A DNA stretch of 64,000 nucleotides, taken from positions 64,001 through 128,000 of the forward strand of contig CAVRJY010000004.1 of NCBI GenBank assembly GCA_963721805.1, read 5' to 3'. A program made the translations under genes and the position numbers. The DNA is from Nitrospirota bacterium (GTDB taxonomy: Bacteria > Nitrospirota > Thermodesulfovibrionia > Thermodesulfovibrionales > JdFR-86). Under the pieces are notes generated by a model. It was not told the origin of the DNA, ran no database searches, and saw nothing but the letters and a program-made list of their open reading frames with translations. Of this stretch, positions 27,713 through 37,073 are shown one piece after another. Positions within the stretch are counted from its first letter, which is position 1. Each line of letters opens with the position of its first letter.

Positions 27713-29061
27713 GCGCGCGCATCCTCATAGTGGAGGACGAGGAGGGGCTCAGGGAGGTCCTGAGCATCCTGCTTGAGGGCGAGGGCCATACGATACTGAC
27801 AGCGGCCAACGGGACCGAGGGCCTCGCGCTTTTGGACCGCGACATCTTCGACCTCATCATAACGGACATAAAGATGCCCGGAGCGAGCGGCTATGACATC
27901 CTCAAGCGCGCCAGAGAGATCGCGCCCGAGACGCTGGTGATCATGGTCACAGCGTTCGGCACGCTCGAGGACGCGATAGACGCGATGAAACAGGGCGCGT
28001 TTGACTATATCCAGAAGCCGTTTAAGATCGACGAGATCCGCGTCATCGTCCGTAACGCGATAGACCGCCGGAGGCTCAGCACCGAGGTCTCGCTCCTGCG
28101 CGAGCAGGTGCGCACCACATACGAGCTATGCAATATCGTCGGCAAGAGCCCCGCGATGGTATCGCTCCTTCAGCTGATCCCGCGCGTGGCCAAAAGCGGC
28201 CTCAACGTCCTGATCACCGGCGAGAGCGGCACCGGCAAAGACCTGGTAGCCAACGCCCTCCATACGCTCAGCGACCGCTCTGCGGGCAACTTCGTGCCGG
28301 TCAACTGCGCGGCGTTCCCCGAGGGCCTGCTCGAGAGCGAGCTGTTCGGCCATGTCCGGGGGGCCTTCACCGGGGCGGTGCAGAACAAGCGCGGCCTGTT
28401 CGAGGTCGCCAACCACGGCACCCTGTTCCTGGACGAGATCGGCGAGATGCCGATCTCGCTTCAGTCGAAGCTCCTGCGAGCGATAGAAAACGGCACGTTC
28501 CGGCGCGTCGGGGATACCGCGGACATCACCGTCGACGCACGCATCATCGCGGCCACGAACCGCGACCTCAAGGAGGCCGTGGCCCAGGGGACATTCCGCG
28601 AGGACCTGTACTTCCGCCTAAACGGGGTGCCGATGCACATACCTCCGCTCAGGGAGCGCAAGGAGGACCTGCCCCTGCTGATCGGGCGGTTCATCGCGAA
28701 GTCCTCGAAGAGCGGCAGGCAGTTTTCGGGCAACGCGCTCCGCATATTGATGGAGCGGGAATGGAAGGGCAACGTCCGGGAGCTTGAGAACGCTATCGAG
28801 CGCATTCTGATGATGACCGACGACGAGATCATCACCGAGTCGCACCTCCCGCCGGAGATAACCGGCCGCGAGGCCCCCGTCGCGGCGCAGGCCCGGATCG
28901 TGGACGGGTTCTCTCTGGAGGACGCGCTGAGCGATTTGGAGCGTGGATACCTCATCGAGGCCCTCAGGCTCGCCGAGGGGAACAAAACCGAGGCCGCCAA
29001 GCTCCTGGGGCTGACTTTCCGCAGCATCCGCCACCGCCTCGTGAAGCACGGCATAAAATAG
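27709..29061 (+). CDS. pilR: Sigma54-dependent response regulator PilR
   Basis: REC domain, GESGTGKD, ESELFGHVRGAFTGA, LFLDEIGE, Fis-type HTH. Confidence 0.88.
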   Translation: MSARILIVEDEEGLREVLSILLEGEGHTILTAANGTEGLALLDRDIFDLIITDIKMPGASGYDILKRAREIAPETLVIMVTAFGTLEDAIDAMKQGAFDYIQKPFKIDEIRVIVRNAIDRRRLSTEVSLLREQVRTTYELCNIVGKSPAMVSLLQLIPRVAKSGLNVLITGESGTGKDLVANALHTLSDRSAGNFVPVNCAAFPEGLLESELFGHVRGAFTGAVQNKRGLFEVANHGTLFLDEIGEMPISLQSKLLRAIENGTFRRVGDTADITVDARIIAATNRDLKEAVAQGTFREDLYFRLNGVPMHIPPLRERKEDLPLLIGRFIAKSSKSGRQFSGNALRILMEREWKGNVRELENAIERILMMTDDEIITESHLPPEITGREAPVAAQARIVDGFSLEDALSDLERGYLIEALRLAEGNKTEAAKLLGLTFRSIRHRLVKHGIK

Positions 29062-29134
29062 ACCTAAATTTCTCAATAAATTCAGCATGATTCTGCTATC
29101 CCGTCCCGAGGGAATATTTTTCTTCCCGGCCGAT

Positions 29135-29161
29135 TAAAGTTTTCCCTCGATCCTCCGATAA
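29135..29161 (+). promoter_or_regulatory. Sigma28 (FliA) promoter of the flagellin gene
   Basis: TAAA(GTTT)-15 nt-TCCGATAA against consensus TAAA-N15-GCCGATAA. Confidence 0.85.
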
Positions 29162-29181
29162 GATGTCTAAGAGCCGCAGGC

Positions 29182-29218
29182 CGACAAGGATGTCGAGCCA
29201 ACCCAGTTCAAGGAGGAA
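29182..29218 (+). promoter_or_regulatory. Probable CsrA-binding sites in the flagellin leader
   Basis: Hairpin CGACA-AGGA-TGTCG with GGA in the loop, plus a second CAAGGA overlapping the SD. Confidence 0.7.
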
Positions 29219-29224
29219 TCACAA

Positions 29225-30088
29225 ATGTCACTCGTAATCAACACAAACGTAGCATCCCTCGACGCACAGAGAAACTTGGCTCAGAACAGCGAAGCGCTGA
29301 ACGTTTCCGTACAGAGGCTCTCATCCGGTCTGCGCATCAACTCGGCGAAGGACGATGCGGCCGGGCTGGCCATATCCTCCAAGCTGACCTCACAGGTCCG
29401 CAGCATCGCCGTTGCGGTCAGGAACGCTCAGGACGGCACCAGCCTTGCCCAGACCGCTGAGGGCGGCCTCCAGCAGATCGGCGACATCCTTGCCCGTATG
29501 AGGGAGCTCGCGACCCAGTCGGCCAACGGCACCCTCGCCGCCGGAGACCGCACCGCCACGGACACCGAGTTCCAGCAGCTGAAGCAGGAAATCGACCGTA
29601 TCAGCAACGTCACGGAGTTCAACGGCACCAAGCTCCTCGACGGGACGCTGAGCGTTGGCACCGGCGTCGCGCTGCAGGTCGGGTTCCATGCGACCGCAAA
29701 CGACCAGATCAACATCAAGCTCGCTTCCGCGGCGTCCTCGCTCGGCCTCGGGATAGCAGCCAACGCAACGATCGACGATACGACCCCCGGCGACAAGACC
29801 GGCCAGACGAACGCCAAGAACATGCTCAACACCCTCGATACCGCCATCGGCAACGTCAGCACGATGCGCGGCGCGCTCGGCGCCATCCAGAACAGGCTCA
29901 CGAGCACGATATCGAACCTGAGCACGACGTCCGAGAACCTCAGCGCAGCCAACTCGCGCATACAGGATGCGGACTTCGCATCTGAGACCGCGACGTTCAC
30001 GAGAAACCAGATCCTGGTGCAGTCGGCCACGGCCATATTGGCCCAGGCCAACGCGCTTCCGCAGCAGGCCCTGCAGCTCCTGAAGTAA
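29225..30088 (+). CDS. fliC: Flagellin, short form (287 aa)
   Basis: INTNVASL, RLSSGLRINSAKDDAAGLAI, RIQDADFA, QANALPQQALQLL. Confidence 0.97.
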   Translation: MSLVINTNVASLDAQRNLAQNSEALNVSVQRLSSGLRINSAKDDAAGLAISSKLTSQVRSIAVAVRNAQDGTSLAQTAEGGLQQIGDILARMRELATQSANGTLAAGDRTATDTEFQQLKQEIDRISNVTEFNGTKLLDGTLSVGTGVALQVGFHATANDQINIKLASAASSLGLGIAANATIDDTTPGDKTGQTNAKNMLNTLDTAIGNVSTMRGALGAIQNRLTSTISNLSTTSENLSAANSRIQDADFASETATFTRNQILVQSATAILAQANALPQQALQLLK

Positions 30089-30123
30089 TAAGGGTTTCCT
30101 TAAAGAAGTGTCTTTTCCAAAAC

Positions 30124-30160
30124 GGGGCGGGCCCATGGATGGGTCCGCCCCTCCCTTTTT
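30124..30160 (+). terminator. Intrinsic terminator after fliC
   Basis: GGGGCGGGCCCAT-GG-ATGGGTCCGCCCC stem followed by a pyrimidine/T run. Confidence 0.7.
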
Positions 30161-30167
30161 CCTTGAT

Positions 30168-30341
30168 CCTGTCTCAAAAAATGCTTCTGGCTGCAAGAGG
30201 CTTAAATCGCGGGATACTGTGTCGTAAAGGGAAAATCGTTCCTCGATGTAGCGCTGCTACACCATCGTCCGATTTTCCCTCTCCTCCTTGTCTGCCGCGA
30301 TTTCTTCTCTCTTTCGCTTCAGAAGCATTTTTTGAGACAGG
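30168..30341. mobile_element. 174-bp MITE-like element with perfect 22-bp terminal inverted repeats
   Basis: CCTGTCTCAAAAAATGCTTCTG ... CAGAAGCATTTTTTGAGACAGG; internal core shared with other dispersed repeats; no transposase. Confidence 0.75.
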
Positions 30342-30343
30342 CC

Positions 30344-31892
30344 CTATCGCTTTCGAGGCCTAAAAGCAAAGGCTATCAGCAAAATTCCGATAGTGATGCA
30401 GCCAAGCGGCACGAGGTCTCCGTGGCGGCTATAGAACGTCGAGGTCGTATCCGTGCGGAAACTCACCGTAAGCGCGGTGCGCTGCAGGAGCCGGGTCTCG
30501 GCCACTATGCGGCCGGAGGAGTCTATCAGCCCGGATATGCCGGTGTTCGCGGCCCTCACGACCGGCTTTCTGTTCTCTATCGCGCGCATCACTGCCATCG
30601 CCCAGTGCTGGTACGGCCCGGCCGTCGTGCCGAACCACGCGTCGTTCGTCACGTTGACGATAAAACCTCCCCGGCCGTCCCTGAAATATCCGCGCAGGAG
30701 TTCTGGGAATATGATCTCGTAGCATATGGCGGTGCCGAATTCCTCGCCGTCCGGAAGCCGGATGAGCCTCTGCCCGGTCCCGGCCTTGAAGTCCCCGATC
30801 CCGGCCGCGAGGCGGTCGACGAAAAACAATACGCTTCGCATCGGCACGTACTCTCCAAACGGGACGAGGTGGATCTTGTCGTACCTGCCGGTTATCTCGC
30901 CAGCAGCGCTGATCAGCACCGCGCTATTGGTGTTTTCGTAGCGCACGCCCGGCCTGCTCGAGGGCTCCAGGAGGTCCACCCCGCTGAAGATCGGCGTCCT
31001 TACCTCGCGCGCCAGATTAATAACTCTTCCGGTGAGGGCGTCGGTGCCGAAGAAAAACGGCATCGCGGATTCGGGCCATATGACCAGCGATGGCGAGCCC
31101 GCCTTGACGGCCTCACGCGTCAGGCCCTCGTATATCCTGACGCTCTCGTCCTTAAACTCCTCGTCCCACTTGAGGCCCTGGTCGATATCTCCCTGCACGA
31201 GCGAGACGGTCTCATCGCGGCCCGGCCGCGACTCGCCGAGCCTCATCTGGCCATAGGCGAGCACCGCGGCCAGCAATACCGCCATCGCTGCGCTCGAGGC
31301 GAGCAGGCCGCGTGACGGCCGCCTGCGGCCATTGGCCCACCAGTCAGCAAGCAAACCGCCCACCGCCGCGACGATGAAGCTCACCCCGTATATCCCGACG
31401 ATGTCCGCCACCTGGATAAAGTGAAGGAACCGGTACTGGCTGTATCCGAGCGATGACCACGGAAACCCCGTAAGCGCGTGGCCCCGGACGTATTCCAGCG
31501 CGGTCCACAACACGGGGGCCGCGACCACGTACGGCAGACCGCTGCCGGCGTGCCGCCCCTGAGAGCGCCGCGAACGCGCCTATGTAGAGCGCCTCGTACA
31601 TCGCCAGCAGGAGCACCGCCGCGAGGCTCATCACGAGCGGCATCGAGCCGTAGTAGTGCATCGAGTTGTATATCCAGTACTGGGTGCCGAAGAAATATAC
31701 CAGACCCGCGAGGAAGCCCGCAGCGAAGGCGTCGCGCAGGCCGAGCCCCCGGATGGCCGACAGCAGGGGCACTAGCGCGACAAACGCAAGCGGCCAGAGA
31801 CCGGGCTTCGGGAAACTCAGGACGAGCATCAGGCCGGAGAGCACCGAGGCCGGGCCGTACTCGTAGAGCCCGCGGGGGATCGCAAGTTTCAT
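30344..31892 (-). CDS. lnt: Apolipoprotein N-acyltransferase with an apparent +1 frameshift at the G4 run 31556-31559
   Basis: N-terminal half from ATG 31892 and C-terminal half (GFPW, WPES, YDKIHLVPFGEY, ICYEIIF, NDAWFG) join as LSGRHAGSGLPYVVAAPVLW if one G is removed. Confidence 0.88.
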
Positions 31893-32351
31893 AGGGAATA
31901 TTATACACGCCTGCCGCAGGGGCCGGCGGCCCCTGCTCGCATTGCCATCATGGCGCATTGCTATATACTTAGTTACCGCGCGCGTGCGCGCGTATTTTTT
32001 TAGAGCGTTCAAATGAACAGAAAAAACAAGCTGTAACCCAGCGATTTTCATCGCCTTTTGATGACCTCCGCGTTCATGCGTTCAGAAACGCTTTCCGTAA
32101 TGTCCATACCCGCCCGGCCTCGCTTTCAGCCCCCTTAAAAATACCCATTCGAGCATCATTCGGTATTGAAGCACAACGATATCTAAAAAAGCGATAACCT
32201 ACGGTTTATATATAAACCAAAGTTGATAGGAAATTTTGATCCTAGTGCGTTTTCTATTAACTTTCGATTAACTTCGGTTAATTAATAAGTTCCGGGAGAA
32301 TCTGGCTTGAGGCCTGCTGATGCATTCTGGTTGCTTTATTAATTATTTTAA

Positions 32352-32380
32352 TTGACATCCCAATGTACTTAGCCTAAAGT
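32352..32380 (+). promoter_or_regulatory. Sigma70-type promoter
   Basis: TTGACA-17 nt-TAAAGT upstream of ORF 32487. Confidence 0.5.
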
Positions 32381-32486
32381 TATAATTAATAGGCAGCTAA
32401 AATGAGGCCAGGATTGTTGATAAGCGAGTCCTTGGGACTCTTTCTATAAACTGCGGCTGAGCCGTCGCAAACAGGAGGAAAGGAAT

Positions 32487-32858
32487 ATGTCGAACTACTG
32501 GATAGTAGACGCAACGATCGAAAACGGCCAAAGCGATCAAGCGGATATGTTCATCAGGAGAGGCTATTGGCATCTGGGGCTGAGGGATGAGAGTCGGCCA
32601 TTGCAAGCAAAACTCAGAGACAAGATTAAACCGGGAGATGGCATAGCGATTAAAAAGATGCTCGGCCAGGGCTCTCCGTACAGCGTGATCCGTGCCTTAG
32701 GGGTCGTAAAAGAGGTAGACAAACAAGATAAAAAAATCTATATCAATTGGCTTGAGCTAAAAAAGGGCAAGGAAATACCAAGCGGCATCGCTGGCAAGTC
32801 GATCAACGGCCCTTTCACAGAAAACAGTAGCGTGGTGAACGAAGTGTTCTATATTTAG
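32487..32858 (+). CDS. Small lower-GC protein, possibly a stand-alone EVE/PUA-like domain
   Basis: SD AGGAGG; YWIV...GYWHLG...IKPGDGIAIK...IRALGVV...INW pattern. Confidence 0.55.
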   Translation: MSNYWIVDATIENGQSDQADMFIRRGYWHLGLRDESRPLQAKLRDKIKPGDGIAIKKMLGQGSPYSVIRALGVVKEVDKQDKKIYINWLELKKGKEIPSGIAGKSINGPFTENSSVVNEVFYI

Positions 32859-32884
32859 AAACAGCCGGATTGAATAAGTTGCCA

Positions 32885-33031
32885 TTGCAAGGAAGCGTAC
32901 CGCGGTTCCCGTCGGCGGCATGCGCCTGACAACAACGATACGCCAGTATAAATGGAACTGCGATCTGTAATGTGCTCTGGAGGTCGGGTTCCGGTGCCCT
33001 GACGCAGTATCAAGCGATTTCGCGCGACTTT
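32885..33031 (-). repeat. Degenerate copy of dispersed palindromic repeat family A
   Basis: Minus strand AAAGTCGCGCGAAATCGCTTGATACTGCGTCAGGGC...GTACGCTTCCTTG. Confidence 0.55.
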
Positions 33032-33046
33032 GTATAATAATAGGGT

Positions 33047-34327
33047 ATGAGCGATTTGAAGGTTAAGCACAAGTGCCCCAACTGCGGCGCCCCGGTTACC
33101 TTAGCCGAGGCCGACCGCTTCCTGACCTGCGGGTTTTGCAAGGTGCGACTCTACATGCGGATGCCCGGCATGCCCCGCTACGTCCTGCCATCGAACGAGC
33201 CCCTCACCGACGACACCGTGCACGTCCCATACCTCCGCATGCGCGGGATGTACTTCACGCTCCGCGACGCCGGCGTGGCCGAGGGCAAGGTGCTCGACAC
33301 GAGCCTGAAGGCAGCGGCTGTGGACTTCATGCCCGAGGGGCTGGGCGTCAGGCCGCAGGCGCTCGAGCTGCTGCCCGCGCCCGAGGACTCGGCGCGGCTG
33401 CCGCTTCGGGCCGCGCCCGAGGACATGCTCCGAAAGACGATGGGGGGAGCGCGCATGTCCGACGCATTCGGCTCTGCTGAGGACGCCATCCGCTACAGGT
33501 CGTTCATCGGGGATTCGTCCTGCGTGATCTACTACCCGGTCAGGCCGGATGGCGGCGGCGTGCGTGACTGCGTGGAGGGCCGCACGATGGCGCAGCTTAC
33601 GGCCGGGCGGCGCGACTCGATCACGGCGCGCGCCCCGCACGACGGCTGGGCGATAAAGTTCGTCGCGGCCAAGTGCCCGCGCTGCGGCTGGGACCTCGAC
33701 GCGAAGGGCAAGGCCGCGGCCCTGCTGTGCCGCAACTGCACCTCGGTATGGCGCATGCCGGCCCAGGACTCCGAGGGCCCGGCGAGCTTCAGCCCCGTAG
33801 AGTTCCACACCGTTCGCGACCAGGAGGGCGCGCCCCCGCCTTCGTGCTACATCCCGTTTTGGAGGATGAGGGCCGACGTCACGGGCGAGCTCAGCGCCAG
33901 CACTTACGGCGACCTCATCAGGCTCGCGAACCTCCCGCTCGTCGCAACGCCGGAGCTTAACGCTGTGCCGCTTCACTTCTGGGTCCCGGCGTTCCGCTGC
34001 CCGCCAACGCTGTTCCTGCGCCTCTCGCGCCAGCTCACCGGAGCGAGGCCGAGGCCGGAACTCATGGACTCAGGCTCGCTGCCGCCCGCGCAAGGCCCGC
34101 AAGTATACGAGCCGACGCTCTCGGCCGAGGACGCCCCGGAGGCCGCGCACCTGATCTTCGCCTCGATGATCACGAAACGCAAGGAGACGTTCAAGCAGCT
34201 CGGCTCGACGCGCATCGAGCCGAAGGGGTATGAATTCGTATACATCCCGTTTGGCGAGCGGGGGGGAGATTACGTCCACCAATTGTTGGGTTTTGCGATC
34301 CCGAAGGCGGCACTTACATACAAGTAG
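33047..34327 (+). CDS. Hypothetical protein with two zinc-ribbon modules
   Basis: CPNC..CGFC and CPRC..CRNC pairs, each followed by a Y(I/L)P(F/Y) motif. Confidence 0.75.
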   Translation: MSDLKVKHKCPNCGAPVTLAEADRFLTCGFCKVRLYMRMPGMPRYVLPSNEPLTDDTVHVPYLRMRGMYFTLRDAGVAEGKVLDTSLKAAAVDFMPEGLGVRPQALELLPAPEDSARLPLRAAPEDMLRKTMGGARMSDAFGSAEDAIRYRSFIGDSSCVIYYPVRPDGGGVRDCVEGRTMAQLTAGRRDSITARAPHDGWAIKFVAAKCPRCGWDLDAKGKAAALLCRNCTSVWRMPAQDSEGPASFSPVEFHTVRDQEGAPPPSCYIPFWRMRADVTGELSASTYGDLIRLANLPLVATPELNAVPLHFWVPAFRCPPTLFLRLSRQLTGARPRPELMDSGSLPPAQGPQVYEPTLSAEDAPEAAHLIFASMITKRKETFKQLGSTRIEPKGYEFVYIPFGERGGDYVHQLLGFAIPKAALTYK

Positions 34328-34333
34328 GCTATT

Positions 34334-34496
34334 GAAAGCGCTCCAAATCGCTTGATACTGCGTTGGGCGCAATTTTACCAAGCGGGACTCGCCCTCTATG
34401 TACGTCACAGTACACCATCGGGGTGCCACGGGCACTTCTCCTAAAAGACAGGGGCCAACCGGCCCCCTTGTCTGAAGACGATTTGGGCGCGCTTTC
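34334..34496 (+). repeat. Dispersed palindromic repeat family A
   Basis: GAAAGCGCTCCAAATCG...CGATTTGGGCGCGCTTTC ends; closely resembles the reverse complement of 55852-55973. Confidence 0.85.
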
Positions 34497-34577
34497 GGGG
34501 GGCACGGACGAAGGACGCCCCCCGCGCCCCACAAGGTCAACAGCATTTATTGGAAAGGGGCCTATCGGCCCCTTTTA

Positions 34578-34606
34578 AGTGAGTGGTGCGCTAGCACCGC
34601 GAATAG
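34578..34606 (+). repeat. Repeat family B (AGTGAG-stem-loop-CGAATAG)
   Basis: Same motif at 46482-46531 and 50935-50986. Confidence 0.7.
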
Positions 34607-34628
34607 GGAGAGGCGCCCGTGGCGCCCC

Positions 34629-34883
34629 CTAGGTGCGGGCCTTGAAGTTATCGAGGAACTGTTTGACCTGCACGCCGAGGTAGACGCACATGATCCCGTC
34701 CATGCAGGAGTCCGCGTCCTTTTTCTCGAGGTGGGTCGTGAGGGCCTTGCCGTTTTTGACCATCGAGACTATATACGCGTTCTTCGCCGTGTCCCACGTA
34801 AGCCCCAGCTTGACCCCGAGCTCCCCGATCTCAGGGTACATCTGCGCTATCTTTTCCTTTAGTGCGACCTCTGAATATCCCAT
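34629..34883 (-). CDS. Conserved-looking hypothetical protein (84 aa)
   Basis: SD AGGAGG; MYPEI and C-x5-C motifs. Confidence 0.7.
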   Translation of the reverse strand: MGYSEVALKEKIAQMYPEIGELGVKLGLTWDTAKNAYIVSMVKNGKALTTHLEKKDADSCMDGIMCVYLGVQVKQFLDNFKART

Positions 34884-34997
34884 ATAACGACCTCCTGATG
34901 GATGTTTTCACTGCCTTAGCCTAAGGGTAGGACGACTCGGGGCCGTTGTCAATTCCCTGATGCGGACCGCGCGGTATTGCGGTAGAATGTATAGACC

Positions 34998-35822
34998 ATG
35001 CCCTACATCGACCCCCGGATCCGCAAATTCATAGGCGTGCTCGCCGCAGACCTCCTGTTCGGGGTGCTCGGGTTCATGTGGGCCGAGGGCTTGAGCGTCG
35101 GCAACGCGCTATACCTCTCGGCCGTTACGGTGACCACGGTCGGCTACGGCGACATCACCCCGCACACTGTGGCGGGCAAGGTCATCGCGGTCATCTTCAT
35201 CGTCACCGGGGTCGGGGCGTTTACGGGCGTGATAGCGCACATCACCGAGTCGATGGTCATAGGCCGCGAGGAGGACTTCAAGCGCGAGAAGCTCAAGATG
35301 ATCGTAAGCGAACTGTACAGCGAGGTCGGCACGCGGCTGATCGGGATGCTCGTCCCGGCCGACCCGCACATAGCGGGGATGCGCCCCGTGCTAGCGGTGG
35401 ACGACACCTGGGACCACGCGCGCTTCAGGGCCGCAGCGCGCGACATACTGGCTCGTGAGTTCGCGATAGACTCGCGGCGGATAGACCTGCCGGAGCTGCG
35501 GCTCGTGATGATGGCCAAGGCCGAACTCTTCCTGCGCATACTGGAGAGCCCGAGCCTCGGCAACGAGACCCAGCTTGCGGACCTGGTGCGCGCGATCCTG
35601 CACCTAAAGGACGAACTCTCGTACCGGGACGACTTCACGGCGCTGCCGCCCATTGACCTCGACCACCTCGCGGGCGACCTGGCGCGCGCGTACCGCATGC
35701 TGACGCTTATATGGCTCGACCACATGGAATACACCAAGGACCACTACGCATACCTGTTCTCGCTCGCGGTGCGAGTAAACCCTTACAAGGAGCGCCCCTC
35801 GGCCGTGATCGGGGCCGCGTAG
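34998..35822 (+). CDS. Two-TM potassium channel with a non-RCK C-terminal domain
   Basis: TVTTVGYGD selectivity filter. Confidence 0.85.
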   Translation: MPYIDPRIRKFIGVLAADLLFGVLGFMWAEGLSVGNALYLSAVTVTTVGYGDITPHTVAGKVIAVIFIVTGVGAFTGVIAHITESMVIGREEDFKREKLKMIVSELYSEVGTRLIGMLVPADPHIAGMRPVLAVDDTWDHARFRAAARDILAREFAIDSRRIDLPELRLVMMAKAELFLRILESPSLGNETQLADLVRAILHLKDELSYRDDFTALPPIDLDHLAGDLARAYRMLTLIWLDHMEYTKDHYAYLFSLAVRVNPYKERPSAVIGAA

Positions 35823-35910
35823 GTCTCGGGGGCCGCGCCCGCTTGCCGATCAATTCGCAGTCATTGTACAATTGCACTGTTTCGAATCACTAAATGCATG
35901 GAGGTTTTAA

Positions 35911-36417
35911 ATGAAGAGATCCGCAATCGCCGTAACATTACTCGCACTAGCCATCCTCTGCGCCGCCCCGGCATACGCCGCCGCAGGCCCCGACACCGAA
36001 CAGCTCAGGCAGGCCGCTGACGCATACATGAGCGCCCTGCCCGCCGACGGCTACTACATCTCGCCCGACGACCTCTTAAAAAGGATCGAGTCCGGGAATA
36101 AGGACTTCGTCCTCGTCGACTGCCGCGAGAAGATAGAGAAATACAAGGCCGGGCATATCCCCGGCGCGATCTACATCAACGCCAAGGACATAGCCAGGCC
36201 AGAGAGCCTCGCCCGGCTGCCCGCCGATAAGGACATCATCCTCTACTGCAACAGCGGCCACGAGGAGAGCAAGGCTATGGCGGTGCTCGGCATGCTCGGG
36301 TACAAGGTCCACGCCCTGAAGTTCGGGTATATCTCGTGGGCCAAGGCCATGCCTACGGATTTCGTCCTCGGGCTGATCGACAACGCCGCGAAGAAGAACT
36401 ATCCCGTAGAGCGATAG
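35911..36417 (+). CDS. Exported rhodanese-like protein
   Basis: Signal peptide; LVDCRE, GHIPGA, active-site loop YCNSGH. Confidence 0.88.
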   Translation: MKRSAIAVTLLALAILCAAPAYAAAGPDTEQLRQAADAYMSALPADGYYISPDDLLKRIESGNKDFVLVDCREKIEKYKAGHIPGAIYINAKDIARPESLARLPADKDIILYCNSGHEESKAMAVLGMLGYKVHALKFGYISWAKAMPTDFVLGLIDNAAKKNYPVER

Positions 36418-36439
36418 TCACATACCCAACGGAGGTCTC

Positions 36440-37033
36440 ATGAAAAGATATATCGGACTTATAGCCTCACTGATCTGTGCCGCAATGCTGTGCTCCGGCA
36501 TCGCCTATGCGGGTGACGCCGCTGCCGACCGCGAGGCCGCGGCCAGGAAGTCGGTCGCGGGCTTTATGCAGGACCTGCTCGCCGCGCTCCAAAAAGAGAT
36601 GGCGGCCGGAGGGCCGGCAGGAGCGGTAGGCGTATGCAGCGAGCTCGCGCCTCAGATCGCCGGGCGCATATCGCGCGAGACCGGCTGGAAGGTAACGCGC
36701 GTAAGCTCGAAGGTTAGAAACCCCCTGCTGGGCATGCCTGACGCGTGGGAGCAGAAGGTATTGCAGGATTTCCAGGCCCGCGCTGCAAAGGGCGAAGACA
36801 TCGACAAGATGAGCTACTCCGAGGTGGTCACCGAGCCGGACGGGAAGTTCTACCGCTTCATGAAGGCGGTCGCGATCAAGCAGCCCTGCCTCGCCTGCCA
36901 CGGGACGCCGGAGCAGATCGCACCCGCGGTGGCCGCTATTCTCAAGGAGCGCTACCCGCATGACGCGGCCACCGGCTACAAACTCGGCGAGCTGCGCGGC
37001 GCGGTGAGCGTCAAGGCCCCGATACAGAATTAG
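36440..37033 (+). CDS. DUF3365/Tll0287-like monoheme c-type cytochrome
   Basis: Signal peptide; RNP...[23 protein letters not shown]. Confidence 0.85.
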   Translation: MKRYIGLIASLICAAMLCSGIAYAGDAAADREAAARKSVAGFMQDLLAALQKEMAAGGPAGAVGVCSELAPQIAGRISRETGWKVTRVSSKVRNPLLGMPDAWEQKVLQDFQARAAKGEDIDKMSYSEVVTEPDGKFYRFMKAVAIKQPCLACHGTPEQIAPAVAAILKERYPHDAATGYKLGELRGAVSVKAPIQN

Positions 37034-37073
37034 CATTGCTCCCCCCCGGGGTTAAGGGTTATACTAATCTGCC

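Noticed and set aside
32400..32480. Possible riboswitch in the leader of ORF 32487
   Set aside because: Hairpins are present but I could not match c-di-GMP, purine, fluoride or ZTP consensus by eye; an Rfam search is needed.
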